Below, piece by piece: positions 22,431 through 32,000 of a stretch of 32,000 bases of DNA. The position numbers and the translations under genes are program-made. The notes under the pieces were generated by a model. The model did no database searches and had not been told where the DNA came from. It saw only the letters and a list, made by a program, of their open reading frames with translations. The stretch comes from Phycisphaerales bacterium (GTDB lineage Bacteria > Planctomycetota > Phycisphaerae > Phycisphaerales > UBA1924). Each line of letters starts with the position of its first letter. Position 1 is the stretch's first letter. The stretch lies in NCBI GenBank assembly GCA_029260265.1, contig JAJDDO010000023.1, forward strand, positions 8,418-40,417, given 5' to 3'.

Positions 22431-23777
22431 TCAAATCGTTTCATTGGTGCCGGGGATTGCAAGCGGTGGGGTTGTTCGTGGTCCGAATTCCCAGGGCTGG
22501 GCATTCATCTCAACTTGTGAGTTCATGGCTTGTTCCCAGGTAACCACCCGCCCCGTGTAGGCCGCCATCCGACCCATGATGGCAAGCAGTGAGGTGTGCG
22601 ACATGAATCGCCCATCATTCACTGGCTTCGCATTTCGGATGGATTTGAAGAGTACATCGTGCTCACGCTGGTACATATCGTTGCTTCCCGCGGCGCCTTT
22701 CCACGGGCGAGAGCCCTCGATCGTATGGGTCCCGTTCCATGGTTGCATCGTGCAGTTACCCTCGCTGCCAATGAAGTAGGCAGAGTTGTCCGAGGGTGTG
22801 TTGGGCCAGTGGCGGCACATGTGATACGCCCGCACACCGTTGTCGTACTCATAAATCAATGAAAAATGGTCCCACACATTCCCGGTCTCGGCGACATCCG
22901 GGCGGGTTTGTCGGCCGCCAACCCCGAAGCAACGCGCCGGCGTGCGGTCTTGCATCGCCCATGCTTGCCAGTCAATCGCATGCACCGCTTGCTCGGCGAC
23001 ATGGTCGGCGGAGAGCGGATTAAAATATTGCCAGTTCCTCAGTTGGAACTCCCCGTCAGACCATTCAGATTTGCGTTTCTTCGGCTCGACCCACCCAGTT
23101 GTGTTGTAGGTTGTTTGGATGGTGTGCAGATCACCGATTCCGCCCGTGTGAATCGCCTTCATGGTCTCGCGTACCTGATCCTGGTATCGCCAGCAGAAGC
23201 CCGACATGAGGGACAACGATTTTTCCTTCGCAACCTTGGCAGACGCAAGCACTGAACGAACACCCGGAGCATCCACAGCCACCGGTTTCTCGCAGAACAC
23301 ATGCTTGTTGGCATCGATTGAGTAACGCAGGTGTTCGGGGCGGAATGCCGGGGGCGTAGTGAGGATCATCACATCCACACCCGAGGCGAGCACCTTGTGA
23401 ATCGCATCGAAACCAGAGAACTTCCGGTTGTCGACCTGGATTTTCTTTGCCCAGGTGTCCGTGCTTTGCTCGTCATCGAGATCAAGCATCGCCTCTTTGG
23501 CATAGTGCAGGCATGGCGCCAGTCTCTCTTCGAAGACATCGCCCATCGCCCAAAGCACGGATCCTGGGTCGGCCTTGAGGGCTTGAATGACCGCCCCGGT
23601 GCCTCGCCCGCCACAGCCAACAACACCGACCTTGAGTGTGTTCTCGGCGCGCAGCCCGGCGATTTTGCCGAAGCTCGGATGAGCAAAAACCGCGGCAGCA
23701 CCGATCGCAGCGGTTGATGCGGTGAATGATCGCCTCGACATCAAGAGGTTGGGATCAATCGGTTTGGTTGGTGACAT
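22431..23777 (-). CDS. Tat-exported Gfo/Idh/MocA family oxidoreductase
   Basis: 448-aa ORF. The twin-arginine signal is LMSRRSFTASTAAIGAAAVFA and the Rossmann loop is KVGVVGCGGRGTGA. AAGGA lies 6 nt upstream of the ATG at 23777. Confidence 0.85.
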   Translation of the reverse strand: MSPTKPIDPNLLMSRRSFTASTAAIGAAAVFAHPSFGKIAGLRAENTLKVGVVGCGGRGTGAVIQALKADPGSVLWAMGDVFEERLAPCLHYAKEAMLDLDDEQSTDTWAKKIQVDNRKFSGFDAIHKVLASGVDVMILTTPPAFRPEHLRYSIDANKHVFCEKPVAVDAPGVRSVLASAKVAKEKSLSLMSGFCWRYQDQVRETMKAIHTGGIGDLHTIQTTYNTTGWVEPKKRKSEWSDGEFQLRNWQYFNPLSADHVAEQAVHAIDWQAWAMQDRTPARCFGVGGRQTRPDVAETGNVWDHFSLIYEYDNGVRAYHMCRHWPNTPSDNSAYFIGSEGNCTMQPWNGTHTIEGSRPWKGAAGSNDMYQREHDVLFKSIRNAKPVNDGRFMSHTSLLAIMGRMAAYTGRVVTWEQAMNSQVEMNAQPWEFGPRTTPPLAIPGTNETI

Positions 23778-24624
23778 TTTTCAATCCTTCTAGGGTTTGC
23801 TGGTTTACACCATCTGCTTCGATGACAAAGCGGAATCCGACCCATGAGCAGTCCGCGAGCCACCATTGGCTTTTAGGAATCTGTGGGTCTGATTGATTCC
23901 ACGAACTTGTTTGTTTCTGGAACGATTCCCCTGTGCAGTCGTTCGCAGAATCTCTGTATCCGCCTCCGAATGCGATGGGCCGTCTTGTCTGGCTCATGAC
24001 CCATTCAGCCGCATTGCCGTGGGTATCGTACAGCCCGAAGCTGTTGGGGACTTTTAGTCCAACCGGATGGGTTGACTGTTCGGCGTTGTCCGCAAACCAG
24101 GCAATGGAGTCGAGCGATTCGGCATCAGTACCGCAGCAGAAGCTGCCGTCCTCCCCGCTGAGGGCGAGGTAGGTCCATTCGTCTTGGCTCGGCAGACGGA
24201 TTTCCAGACCGGTCTTTGTCCCGAGCCAGTTGCAGAACCCTTCGGCGGCCTGGCGGGTCATCCCAATCGCAGGATACGCATCATGCCCAAAACCACGATC
24301 AGGAGGGACATAGGGCTTGCTGGGGCGTGATATCGCATCCGCACCCGAGCCCTCTTCGGGCTCGTCGAGCCTGTACATGTAGATGTCATAGAGATCCCAA
24401 GTGACTTCCGTCGTCAGAACATACAATGCGGGGATCGAAACGGCCCGATCCTCGTGCTCGATTGTGGCCTCTGGGCAGAGCACGATGGTAAAGGATTCAG
24501 TCATCCCCGGCACACGCAACTCGATTTCCTGAACAGGCCGAGTTGGAGGAGATGCAAAAATGAATGGTGTCACAGAGCCCATGCACACAGCAGCACCACA
24601 TACTCGTAAATGGGTTCTCTTCAA
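23755..24624 (-). CDS. Formylglycine-generating enzyme family (SUMF1/FGE-sulfatase domain) protein
   Basis: 289-aa ORF with the motifs YVLTTEVTWDLYD, YPAIGMTRQAAEGFCNWL, RLPSQDEWTY, FGLYDTHGNAAEWV and VGFRFV. The codon at 24624 is TTG, and an alternative ATG lies at 24582. The 3' end overlaps the next gene by 23 nt. Confidence 0.8.
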   Translation of the reverse strand: MKRTHLRVCGAAVCMGSVTPFIFASPPTRPVQEIELRVPGMTESFTIVLCPEATIEHEDRAVSIPALYVLTTEVTWDLYDIYMYRLDEPEEGSGADAISRPSKPYVPPDRGFGHDAYPAIGMTRQAAEGFCNWLGTKTGLEIRLPSQDEWTYLALSGEDGSFCCGTDAESLDSIAWFADNAEQSTHPVGLKVPNSFGLYDTHGNAAEWVMSQTRRPIAFGGGYRDSANDCTGESFQKQTSSWNQSDPQIPKSQWWLADCSWVGFRFVIEADGVNQQTLEGLKNVTNQTD

Positions 24625-25606
24625 GCTTACCCTTTATCTAGGAGCAGCCTTTGCCCTGCTTTCGTGCGCATCAATCAACAGCCAGCCCGCGATCGAACCA
24701 GATGTTACACTCAACCGCTATGAGTACGCAAGCATCCATATGGGATCTCGTTGCTCAATTGTGCTCTACGCTCCAACCGAGCATGAGGCTGCCGCTTCCG
24801 CACGGGCTGCATTTGATGAGATCGCAAGAGTTGAAGAGACCCTGACCGATTATCGTCCCGACTCGGAATCAATGCGGGCAACTTCTCAGCCAAGGGGCAC
24901 CTGGGTGATTGTTTCTCAGATCCTGTTCGAAGTGCTCGAGCGGTCTGCTCTTTTCTATGAGTTGAGCAACGGCGCGTTCGATCCAACGGTGGGCAGGTTC
25001 ATCCATCTCTGGCGTCACGCGCAACTCGAATCCAGAACGCCGTCACGAGTTGAGTTGGTGGATGCAGCGTATGCGGTAGGGTTTTCATCGATCCAACTGG
25101 ATAAAGCAAACAACCGTGTTCGGTTTATGCGTGCTGGGATAATTCTGGACTTCGGAGCAATCGGAAAGGGATTCGCCGCAGACCGAGCGCTCGAAATTCT
25201 CCGTTCTCATGGTTGCGATGCGGCTCTCGTTGATATTGGTGGTGATATTGCGATGGGTGATCCACCACCAAACAATCCTCGCGGTTGGGATGTATCAGTG
25301 CAATCGGGGAACGGGGCTGAGTGGTCCACGCCGCTGCATTCATCGGCCATCGCGACTTCGGGGGATCTCGAGAGGCATTACGAGCAGAACGGCATCATTT
25401 ATTCACACATACTCGACCCCCGCACGGGCGTTGGAGTTACACATCGGCGTGCGGTGACGGTCATCGCCCGCGATGGGACCACCGCGGATTCTGTTGCCAG
25501 TATCGTCTCTGTTCTTGGTGAGCAGATCATCCCCGTGCTTGAGGATCGTTTTCCTGGAATCCGGATTCTGATAGAAACCAGACCACGATATGATCAGCAA
25601 CCATGA
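24560..25606 (+). CDS. apbE: FAD:protein FMN transferase (ApbE family), probable lipoprotein
   Basis: 348-aa ORF with a lipobox-like AFALLSCAS. ApbE motifs include FDPTVG, LDFGAIGKGFAADRA, ALVDIGGDI, IATSGDLERH and SHILDPRTG. GGAGGAG lies 8 nt upstream of the ATG at 24560. An alternative ATG lies at 24581. Confidence 0.85.
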   Translation: MNGVTEPMHTAAPHTRKWVLFKLTLYLGAAFALLSCASINSQPAIEPDVTLNRYEYASIHMGSRCSIVLYAPTEHEAAASARAAFDEIARVEETLTDYRPDSESMRATSQPRGTWVIVSQILFEVLERSALFYELSNGAFDPTVGRFIHLWRHAQLESRTPSRVELVDAAYAVGFSSIQLDKANNRVRFMRAGIILDFGAIGKGFAADRALEILRSHGCDAALVDIGGDIAMGDPPPNNPRGWDVSVQSGNGAEWSTPLHSSAIATSGDLERHYEQNGIIYSHILDPRTGVGVTHRRAVTVIARDGTTADSVASIVSVLGEQIIPVLEDRFPGIRILIETRPRYDQQP

Positions 25607-25858
25607 GGAGTGCCAAACTATGCATTGCCGTGGAACAACGGGGCAGGCCAAATCAGCCGGCGAACAATAAGCCGTTACTCTTTGCGTAGTCGCCAAGCGT
25701 CATCTGCAAGATGGCGGTAAGATAGAGGATATGAGGTGATCGCATTGAATACCACAATCCGTGTCTAGGCAGGCTGGATCCCCGCGAGGGCGCGGAGACC
25801 ATTCGAAAACTCTTGACCGCCGCGATGGCGATCAAGAACAGAAAGGAATCGATACACG

Positions 25859-27049
25859 ATGAAACTCTTTGCTGCAAGCGTTGTACTGATGGGGATTTCG
25901 ATGGGCGGGTGCGAGGTTCTTCAGGCAGGCGAGAACGCTGGTGAAGACGGATGGGTTGAACTCTTCAATGGCAAAGACCTGAGCGGTTGGGCGTGCGAGG
26001 GAGATCTGGACGCATGGGGGGTGGTTGATGGGGAACTTGTCACACTCAAGCCCGGCGAAGGGTGGTGGATCCGCACGGACAAAATGTATCGGGACTTCGA
26101 ACTGACGCTGGATTTCTGGATGCCCGTGGATGGCAACTCGGGTGTCGGGCTCCGCGGATCATCCAACGGAGACCCCGCGTTCACCGGGTTTGAGGTGCAG
26201 ATCCTCGATACCTATGGGCAAGATCCCGAAGATCACACCTGCGGATCAGTCTACACCGCGATCACGGCTTCAGAGATGGCGGTAAAACCCGCGGGGCAGT
26301 GGAACACCTACCTCATCCGCGTAGTTGGCGATACGATTGATGTCACTCTCAACGGCGTAGAGATCATCAAGCACGAAGCACTCGATGAGCGGGGGTACTT
26401 CCGGTCGCCAGACAATCCGCTGCCGCTTAATAGACGGGCAACGACAGGGTACATCTCGCTGCAGGACCATGGGCATCCGTTCCGGTACAGAGATATCAAG
26501 ATCAAAGACCTTTCGGTTGATCCCGAGCCCGACGGGATGGTGGCGTTGATTCATGAAAACCTAGATGGCTGGTTGAGCGAGGACCAAGCAGAGTGGGCCA
26601 ATGAAGGAGGATCAATCGTGGGGCGGAAGGGTCCTGGGCATTTGTTCACCAAGACCGAATATGCGGATTTCGAGATGCGGGCGCTCGTGAAAGTCAACGA
26701 CCGAGGGAACTCGGGGATGTACTTCCGTGTCCAGCCGAACCCGGATCCGAACAACCCATGGCCGATCGGGTACGAGGCGCAAGTGGATAACCATGATCCA
26801 AAGAACTTCACCGGGGTGGTGTACGACAAGGCGTGGGCTGCCGCACACGATGCACCGATCACGCGTGATGATGCTTGGTTCGATTATCGAGTGCGGGCAC
26901 AGGGCGATTGGATCCGCACATGGATCAATGGGGAACGAATGGTGGATGCAAAGCTGAATGAGTTCGATCGGGGTCGGTTTGCGGTGCAGGGGCACCATGA
27001 TGGAAATGTCATCGAGTTCCGTGATATCCGGGTGCTTGAACTGGATTGA
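25859..27049 (+). CDS. Secreted protein with two DUF1080 (3-keto-disaccharide hydrolase-like, LamG fold) domains
   Basis: 396-aa ORF with the signal or lipobox-like MKLFAASVVLMGISMGGC. Two copies of the DUF1080 pattern are present. The first is GWVELFNGKDLSGW...DGEL...YRDFELTLDF...NSGVGLR. The second is NLDGWL...YADFEMRALVKVNDRGNSGMYFRV. Confidence 0.85.
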   Translation: MKLFAASVVLMGISMGGCEVLQAGENAGEDGWVELFNGKDLSGWACEGDLDAWGVVDGELVTLKPGEGWWIRTDKMYRDFELTLDFWMPVDGNSGVGLRGSSNGDPAFTGFEVQILDTYGQDPEDHTCGSVYTAITASEMAVKPAGQWNTYLIRVVGDTIDVTLNGVEIIKHEALDERGYFRSPDNPLPLNRRATTGYISLQDHGHPFRYRDIKIKDLSVDPEPDGMVALIHENLDGWLSEDQAEWANEGGSIVGRKGPGHLFTKTEYADFEMRALVKVNDRGNSGMYFRVQPNPDPNNPWPIGYEAQVDNHDPKNFTGVVYDKAWAAAHDAPITRDDAWFDYRVRAQGDWIRTWINGERMVDAKLNEFDRGRFAVQGHHDGNVIEFRDIRVLELD

Positions 27050-27058
27050 GCATGGCTT

Positions 27059-28201
27059 TCAGATGCAGACCACGCGGCCCTTGGCTGCACTCTCGACGCT
27101 GCACTCGACGAAACGAACTCCCCGTCGCCCGTCCTCAATGGTAGGGATCAGCCGCGCCAGCCTTGATGGCTCGCCTGCCCCATGCATTGAGCGGATCGCA
27201 TCGGTCACGCCACGGTAAACATTCGCGAACGCTTCGAGGTACCCCTCGGGGTGTCCTTGAGGAATGCGCGTAGAGATAATCGCGTCGTTGTCAAGCCCGG
27301 GCCCTCCACGCGTGTAGGTGATCGGGTTGGCATCGAGGAGGGTGACCACCAGTTCGTCAGCGCATTCCTGGTTCCAGATAAGTGAGCCTTTGTCGCCGTA
27401 GACGCGAAGGCTGAGCCCGTTGCCCTGACCGATACAGATCTGCGACACAGTGAGCACCCCGTGGGCACCGCCCTTGTAGTTGATGAGCACGCTCGCGTCG
27501 TCATCGAGTTGACGCCCTGGGACAAACGAATGGAGCACAGCATAGACCGATTCGGCTTCGAGCCCGGTGACAAAGGCACCCAGATTTTCGGCGTGTGTCC
27601 CGATGTCTCCAAGGGCGCCACCGATCCCCGCGCGGTCAGGATCAACTCGCCACGCGGCCTGTTTTTGACCCGTGGATTCAAGGTCGGACGCGAGCCAGCC
27701 CTGATGGTATTCGAGAAAGACCTTACGGATGGTGCCCAGTACCCCGCCGGCGATCATGGCTCTGGCTTGGCGGACCATCGGGTAGCCGGTGTAGTTGTAA
27801 GTGATGCAGCAGAGCAGGTTGTTTGATACGGCGAGATCTGCGAGTTCTTGGGCTTGGGCGCTTGTGTGGGTTGCGGGCTTGTCAAGGACGACATGGAACC
27901 CGTGTTCGAGGGCTGCTTTGGCGATTGGAAAATGTGAATCGTTGGGTGTGACGATCACGACGAAGTCGACACGGTCCTCACGCGTGGCTTCTCGCTCGAA
28001 GAGTTCCTGAGAAGTTGAATATGAACGATCTTCGGGTAATCCAAGCATTCGAGCAGATTGGATTGATCGATCGGGCGTTGACGAGAGGGCTCCAGCGACG
28101 AGCGTGGCGCAGCTGTCGAGTGCAATGGCGTGCCGATGGACCTCGCCGATGAATGCCCCGGTGCCGCCACCGATCATGGCGTAGGTGAGTGGCTTGCTCA
28201 T
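27059..28201 (-). CDS. Gfo/Idh/MocA family oxidoreductase (cytoplasmic)
   Basis: 380-aa ORF. The N-terminal Rossmann loop is [16 protein letters not shown]. There is no signal peptide. Its ATG overlaps the upstream stop codon (ATGA at 28198-28201). Confidence 0.85.
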   Translation of the reverse strand: MSKPLTYAMIGGGTGAFIGEVHRHAIALDSCATLVAGALSSTPDRSIQSARMLGLPEDRSYSTSQELFEREATREDRVDFVVIVTPNDSHFPIAKAALEHGFHVVLDKPATHTSAQAQELADLAVSNNLLCCITYNYTGYPMVRQARAMIAGGVLGTIRKVFLEYHQGWLASDLESTGQKQAAWRVDPDRAGIGGALGDIGTHAENLGAFVTGLEAESVYAVLHSFVPGRQLDDDASVLINYKGGAHGVLTVSQICIGQGNGLSLRVYGDKGSLIWNQECADELVVTLLDANPITYTRGGPGLDNDAIISTRIPQGHPEGYLEAFANVYRGVTDAIRSMHGAGEPSRLARLIPTIEDGRRGVRFVECSVESAAKGRVVCI

Positions 28202-29205
28202 GCTTGATCTTCCTTGTCAAATGAGGCATCGAACGCGCGATCGGACGATGGGAAGTCGATGCTTCGGACAAAGTCCGCCGCCTCGCGGGCGCCGTGCTCG
28301 CGATCCATCTCGCTGTCCTCCCATTCAACACTCAGCGGACCCTGGTAGTTGATTCGGTTGAGCGCACGGATGATGGATTCGAAATCGACATTCCCCCGCC
28401 CGGGCGATCGGAAATCCCATCCACGGCGGTGGTCGCCAAATGGTCGGTGCCCACCGAGGATCGAGTTGGTGCCATCGAGCGTTGTCGCGGCATCCTTGAT
28501 GTGAACATGGAAGATGCGGTCGGGGAACCGGGTGACAAGCTTGGCCGGGTCGAGGCCCTGCCAGATCAGGTGCGAGGGATCGAAGTTGATGCCGAAAGCG
28601 GGGTGCCCGTCGAGTGCGGCGAGCGCGTGCTCAAAGGTCACGATGTCGTAGCTGATCTCGGTGGGGTGGACCTCGAGGGCGAAGCGGATGCCGTGCTCGG
28701 TGAACGCGTCAAGGATCGGTCTCCACTGTGAGCCAAACTGTTGGTACCCGGCGGCGATATCATCTTCCGAGGTCGGGGGAAAGAAATAGAGCTTGTGCCA
28801 GATCGGCGAGCCCGTAAACCCGTTGACAGTGTTGACACCCATTCGGCTTGCAGCACGGGCAGCATCGATCATGTCTTGGGCAGCTCGATGTTGCACGCCG
28901 GCGGGGTCTCCATCGAGCCAGATGCGGTCGGGGAGGATCGCACGGTGCCGATCGTCGATGGGGTCAGAGACAGCTTGCCCGACGAGGTGGTTTGATAGAG
29001 CGTAACAGTTGAGCCCGTGAGCACCAAGGATATCGAGTTGAGATTGGCAGTAGGCATCTTCGCTCAGGGCGCGGTCGATCTGGAAATGATCCCCCCAGCA
29101 CGCGAGTTCGAGCCCGTCGTAGCCCCACGCCGCGGCCTTCTCGGCAAGTTGGGCAAGGGGCATATCAGCCCATTGGCCGGTGAAGAGGGTGATGGGTCTG
29201 GTCAT
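28198..29205 (-). CDS. Sugar phosphate isomerase/epimerase family protein (xylose-isomerase-like TIM barrel)
   Basis: The track ORF starts at 29238. I prefer the ATG at 29205 ([17 protein letters not shown]...), which has GGAG 7 nt upstream. TIM-barrel motifs include [28 protein letters not shown] and HVHIKD. Confidence 0.85.
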   Translation of the reverse strand: MTRPITLFTGQWADMPLAQLAEKAAAWGYDGLELACWGDHFQIDRALSEDAYCQSQLDILGAHGLNCYALSNHLVGQAVSDPIDDRHRAILPDRIWLDGDPAGVQHRAAQDMIDAARAASRMGVNTVNGFTGSPIWHKLYFFPPTSEDDIAAGYQQFGSQWRPILDAFTEHGIRFALEVHPTEISYDIVTFEHALAALDGHPAFGINFDPSHLIWQGLDPAKLVTRFPDRIFHVHIKDAATTLDGTNSILGGHRPFGDHRRGWDFRSPGRGNVDFESIIRALNRINYQGPLSVEWEDSEMDREHGAREAADFVRSIDFPSSDRAFDASFDKEDQA

Positions 29206-29305
29206 TGCACGCTCCGCTTTGATTGGATCGGTGGGCATTTGGGATCCGTTTCTGATAGACTCACGCTCTCGATCCCACAGTTTCTATACAAGAGGATACA
29301 CCAGA

Positions 29306-30562
29306 ATGGCACAGAAGGATCAAAGGCTCGGCGGAATCGTCGGGATACAACTCTCGGCGATGATGTTTCTCCAGTTCTTTCTGTGGGGGGCGTGGTATGT
29401 GACCATGGGGCCGTTTATGGGCGAGGTGAAGATGTCCTCGGAGACCATCGGGTGGGCCTATTCGGTTGGTCCAATCGCGGCGATTGTATCGCCGTTCTTT
29501 CTTGGGCTATTCGCGGATCGGTACTTTGCGACCGAGCGGATCCTTGGAATTCTGCATCTTCTTGGTGGCGGGTTCTTGTGTCTGGCCCCGTACGCTGCGG
29601 AACAGTCTTCGGATCTATTTTTGATCGCGATCCTGCTGCACATGCTGTGCTACATGCCCACACTCGGTCTGACCAACACACTCGCGATGCACAACATGAC
29701 CAACGCCGAAAAACAATTCCCATTGATCCGGGTGTTCGGCACGCTCGGGTGGATTCTCGCCGGGATCGCGATCTCTGAACTTGCGTTTGATAAATCGCCC
29801 AATATGTTCTACCTCGCGGGTGGGTCGGGGGTACTTCTTGGGCTGTACAGCTTCTTTCTCCCGCACACCCCGCCGCCGGCGAAGGGGCAGAAGTTTTCGC
29901 CGAGGGATGCGATCGGGCTCGATGCGCTATCACTGATGAAGAATCGATCATTCGCGGTCTTTGCGGTTTGTTCGTTTTTGATCTGCATTCCCTTGGCCGC
30001 GTACTACAGCTTTGCTGGTAAGTTTGTCGGGGATATGGGTGTAGAGAATATTGGGCAGACGATGTCTTACGGGCAAATGTCCGAGGTTGTGTTTATGGTG
30101 GTGATGCCCCTGTTCTTTGCTCGCTTCGGGGTGAAATGGATGCTTGCGATTGGGATGCTTGCTTGGGTGGCGCGGTATGGATTGTTTGCGGGGGCTGCGG
30201 ATGAGCAGATAAAGTGGATGGTGCTCAGCGGGATCATCCTGCACGGGATCTGCTACGACTTCTTCTTCGTCACAGGGCAGATTTACACCGATCAGGTTTC
30301 GGGCGCCAAGATTCGAGGACAGGCACAGGGCTTCTTGGTGCTGATCACCCAGGGGCTGGGGATGCTCATCGGGGCGCAGCTGTCGGGTAAACTGGTCGGG
30401 CATTACACAACCAAGGTCGGCGATGTGAGCACCACGGATTGGGGTCAGGTCTGGATGTACCCGGCGGCATTCTCGCTGGCGGTCCTTGTGGTCTTTGTCA
30501 TCTTGTTCAGGATAGAAGATTCACCAAGATCTGAAACAGAAGAGGTGACATCATCGGATTGA
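29306..30562 (+). CDS. MFS transporter of the nucleoside:H+ symporter (NupG/XapB/YegT-like) family
   Basis: I prefer the internal ATG at 29306 (MAQKDQRLGGIVGIQLSAMMFLQFFLWGAWYVTMGPFM), which has AGAGGA about 10 nt upstream. The FLQFxLWGxW motif is typical of the Nuc_H_symport family. The protein has 12 hydrophobic helices. Confidence 0.8.
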   Translation: MAQKDQRLGGIVGIQLSAMMFLQFFLWGAWYVTMGPFMGEVKMSSETIGWAYSVGPIAAIVSPFFLGLFADRYFATERILGILHLLGGGFLCLAPYAAEQSSDLFLIAILLHMLCYMPTLGLTNTLAMHNMTNAEKQFPLIRVFGTLGWILAGIAISELAFDKSPNMFYLAGGSGVLLGLYSFFLPHTPPPAKGQKFSPRDAIGLDALSLMKNRSFAVFAVCSFLICIPLAAYYSFAGKFVGDMGVENIGQTMSYGQMSEVVFMVVMPLFFARFGVKWMLAIGMLAWVARYGLFAGAADEQIKWMVLSGIILHGICYDFFFVTGQIYTDQVSGAKIRGQAQGFLVLITQGLGMLIGAQLSGKLVGHYTTKVGDVSTTDWGQVWMYPAAFSLAVLVVFVILFRIEDSPRSETEEVTSSD

Positions 30563-31585
30563 AACGCTTGCTCGCTGGATCATGCTCCGCTGCTCGGCGT
30601 CGAGAACTTTGGCGACAATCACAGCATCGAGTATCGGGGCGGTGCAGTCTTCGGCTTGGTTTGCAATCTGATCGAGCATCCACCTGATCTCTCCGTCGTA
30701 TCCGGTGAGCGGGCTCGTTTGGATCGGGGTTGATTGATCGCCCTCGTGGATGATGAGCTGGTCATCACGGTTGAAGTCAAAGTCGATGGTGGCTTGATCG
30801 CACACCACTGCGCAACGCATCTGGAAGCCGGCGGCGGGCTGATGATCCCATGCTGCTTGGGCGGTGACATGGATCGGGGCGGCTGGATAGTGGTACAGCG
30901 TGGTCAGGTGGAGGCCATCGCCAGAGGTGGTCACCGCGGCGGGTTTGCCGAAGCAGTGGACGATGAAATCCGTGTCGTGGATGTGCAGATCATAGAGAAC
31001 GCCTCCAGAACGCGAATCGTCGGCGTAGAAATCGGCAGACCACTTTGGCCTTGACCCAAGCCGATGAAAAACGGCGCTGCGGACCGATCCATACCTGTGC
31101 GATCGGATCAGTTCCCGGATCTGGACCCATGCGGGCCAGTGGCGCATGCACATCGCGGGAATGCAGAGGTGCTCGAAGAGCGCCGCGGCCGATGCAAGGC
31201 GTTGGACCTCTTCAGGATGAGTTGCGATTGGCTTTTCGATGAGGACATGCTTGCCGGCCTTGAGAGCCGCGATCGCGAGCTCCACATGCGTGTCGGTGTG
31301 GGTGCAGATCGAAACAAGATCAAGAGCGGGGTGATTGATGATCGCGTCGGCGTCCTCGTACAGCTCGATTCCGGCGGTGTCGATTTCATTCTCAGGATCG
31401 CCAATGTTGCCCGAGGTTTGACCATCGTTGATGCTTTGAATGTTCCTGTCGGCGATCGCGAGGACCTTGCAGCGGTGCCCGTCGCGATGGGCGCTTTGGT
31501 AGGCTCTGGCGTGCGTGCGGCCCATGAAGCCGAAGCCGATGATGCCGATCTGAATAGAATTTGTGGCGCCGGTTGGTCTATTCAT
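30551..31585 (-). CDS. Gfo/Idh/MocA family oxidoreductase
   Basis: The track ORF extends to 31645. I prefer the ATG at 31583-31585 (MNRPTGATNSIQIGIIGFGFMGRTHA), which overlaps the upstream TAG by 8 nt. It carries a Rossmann loop and the EKP motif (HVLIEKPIA). The start is uncertain. Confidence 0.8.
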   Translation of the reverse strand: MNRPTGATNSIQIGIIGFGFMGRTHARAYQSAHRDGHRCKVLAIADRNIQSINDGQTSGNIGDPENEIDTAGIELYEDADAIINHPALDLVSICTHTDTHVELAIAALKAGKHVLIEKPIATHPEEVQRLASAAALFEHLCIPAMCMRHWPAWVQIRELIRSHRYGSVRSAVFHRLGSRPKWSADFYADDSRSGGVLYDLHIHDTDFIVHCFGKPAAVTTSGDGLHLTTLYHYPAAPIHVTAQAAWDHQPAAGFQMRCAVVCDQATIDFDFNRDDQLIIHEGDQSTPIQTSPLTGYDGEIRWMLDQIANQAEDCTAPILDAVIVAKVLDAEQRSMIQRASVSIR

Positions 31586-32000
31586 GCGGACACCCATTCT
31601 TGCAGGCGATTGTCCGTGCCTCGATGACATCCTTGATCCGCTCATCGCCCGCCTCGCGTTCGATCACGGCATTGATCGGCTGGGGCAACGCACGGATGGT
31701 GCGGAAGAAATGGGTCCAGTCGACCTCTCCATGCCCAACAGGGACCTCGGCACCCCAGTTGCCCGGAGTATCAGTAGTGTTCGAGTCCTTTATGTGGACC
31801 TGAACGATCCGTTCTTGGAGGAGTTCGATGGCGCGGGCGGGATCGCCCATGCCGTACAGGATCATATTCGCGGGATCGAAGTTGATGCCGACGGTTGACA
31901 TGTTCGGTTCGTCGAGTAGTTCAAGGAGTGACTCCGCACGCTCCTGCCCGGTTTCGAGCGCGAGGTTGATGCTGTAGTTTCCGAAGATGTCTGCGATTGC
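31578..32000 (-). CDS. Sugar phosphate isomerase/epimerase family protein (xylose-isomerase-like TIM barrel), 5' end outside the window
   Basis: The track lists 31578-31901, but the frame stays open to base 32000 (...AIADIFGNYSINLALETGQERAESLLELLDEPNMSTVGINFDPANMILYG...VHIKD). The gene therefore continues beyond the right edge. Confidence 0.8.
   Translation of the reverse strand, partial: AIADIFGNYSINLALETGQERAESLLELLDEPNMSTVGINFDPANMILYGMGDPARAIELLQERIVQVHIKDSNTTDTPGNWGAEVPVGHGEVDWTHFFRTIRALPQPINAVIEREAGDERIKDVIEARTIACKNGCPHE

Noticed and set aside
25653-25877. 74-aa minus-strand ORF, and a CCGCG-aggg-CGCGG hairpin (about 25778-25797), in the spacer upstream of the DUF1080 gene
   Set aside because: The ORF has no motif or ribosome-binding site, and it overlaps the start of the DUF1080 gene. 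The hairpin is short and imperfect and has no U-tract.
1-32000. Search by eye for CRISPR arrays, tRNA or rRNA genes, long tandem repeats, and island-flanking direct repeats
   Set aside because: I saw no regularly spaced repeats, no cloverleaf-like or rRNA-like segments, and no matching words at the putative island borders (about 5040-5140 and 21316-21500). Reading by eye cannot exclude short or degenerate repeats.

Overview
I called everything from the sequence and the ORF track alone. Domain calls rest on motif recognition, not on searches. The window holds about 24 protein-coding genes. I saw no rRNA, tRNA or CRISPR array. Gene content suggests a PVC-superphylum chromosome, perhaps Planctomycetota or Phycisphaerae-like: Tat-signal Gfo/Idh/MocA oxidoreductases, xylose-isomerase-like TIM barrels, DUF1080 domains, an FGE-sulfatase-type protein and a GC-type dockerin tail. 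That taxonomic guess is low confidence.

The window splits into three blocks.

(1) 1-5.1 kb: a partial secreted M60-like protein and a divergent K+ transport pair, a Kef-type antiporter and a 2TM K+ channel with RCK domains.

(2) About 5.1-21.4 kb: an accessory-looking block. It opens with a truncated integrase-core transposase remnant and is full of unusual multidomain proteins:
- a Spondin_N protein with a dockerin-like tail;
- a TM / 2x Rossmann / RyR / SLOG-like protein;
- a 1122-aa zinc-ribbon / TIR / P-loop STAND / HEAT / 6TM protein, translationally coupled to a patatin-like phospholipase;
- a set of zinc-ribbon membrane proteins, including an overlapping three-gene operon built around a 1237-aa Ig-like / coiled-coil / TM protein.

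(3) 21.5-32 kb: a sugar-catabolism block. It has three paired Gfo/Idh/MocA plus TIM-barrel modules, a double DUF1080 protein, ApbE, an FGE-like protein and a NupG/XapB-type MFS transporter.

The best candidate for an undescribed system is the TIR-STAND-TM plus patatin operon (9988-14333). The neighbouring RyR/SLOG-like membrane protein may be functionally linked to it. The adjacent orphan zinc-ribbon/coiled-coil membrane operon (16127-21315) is the second candidate.
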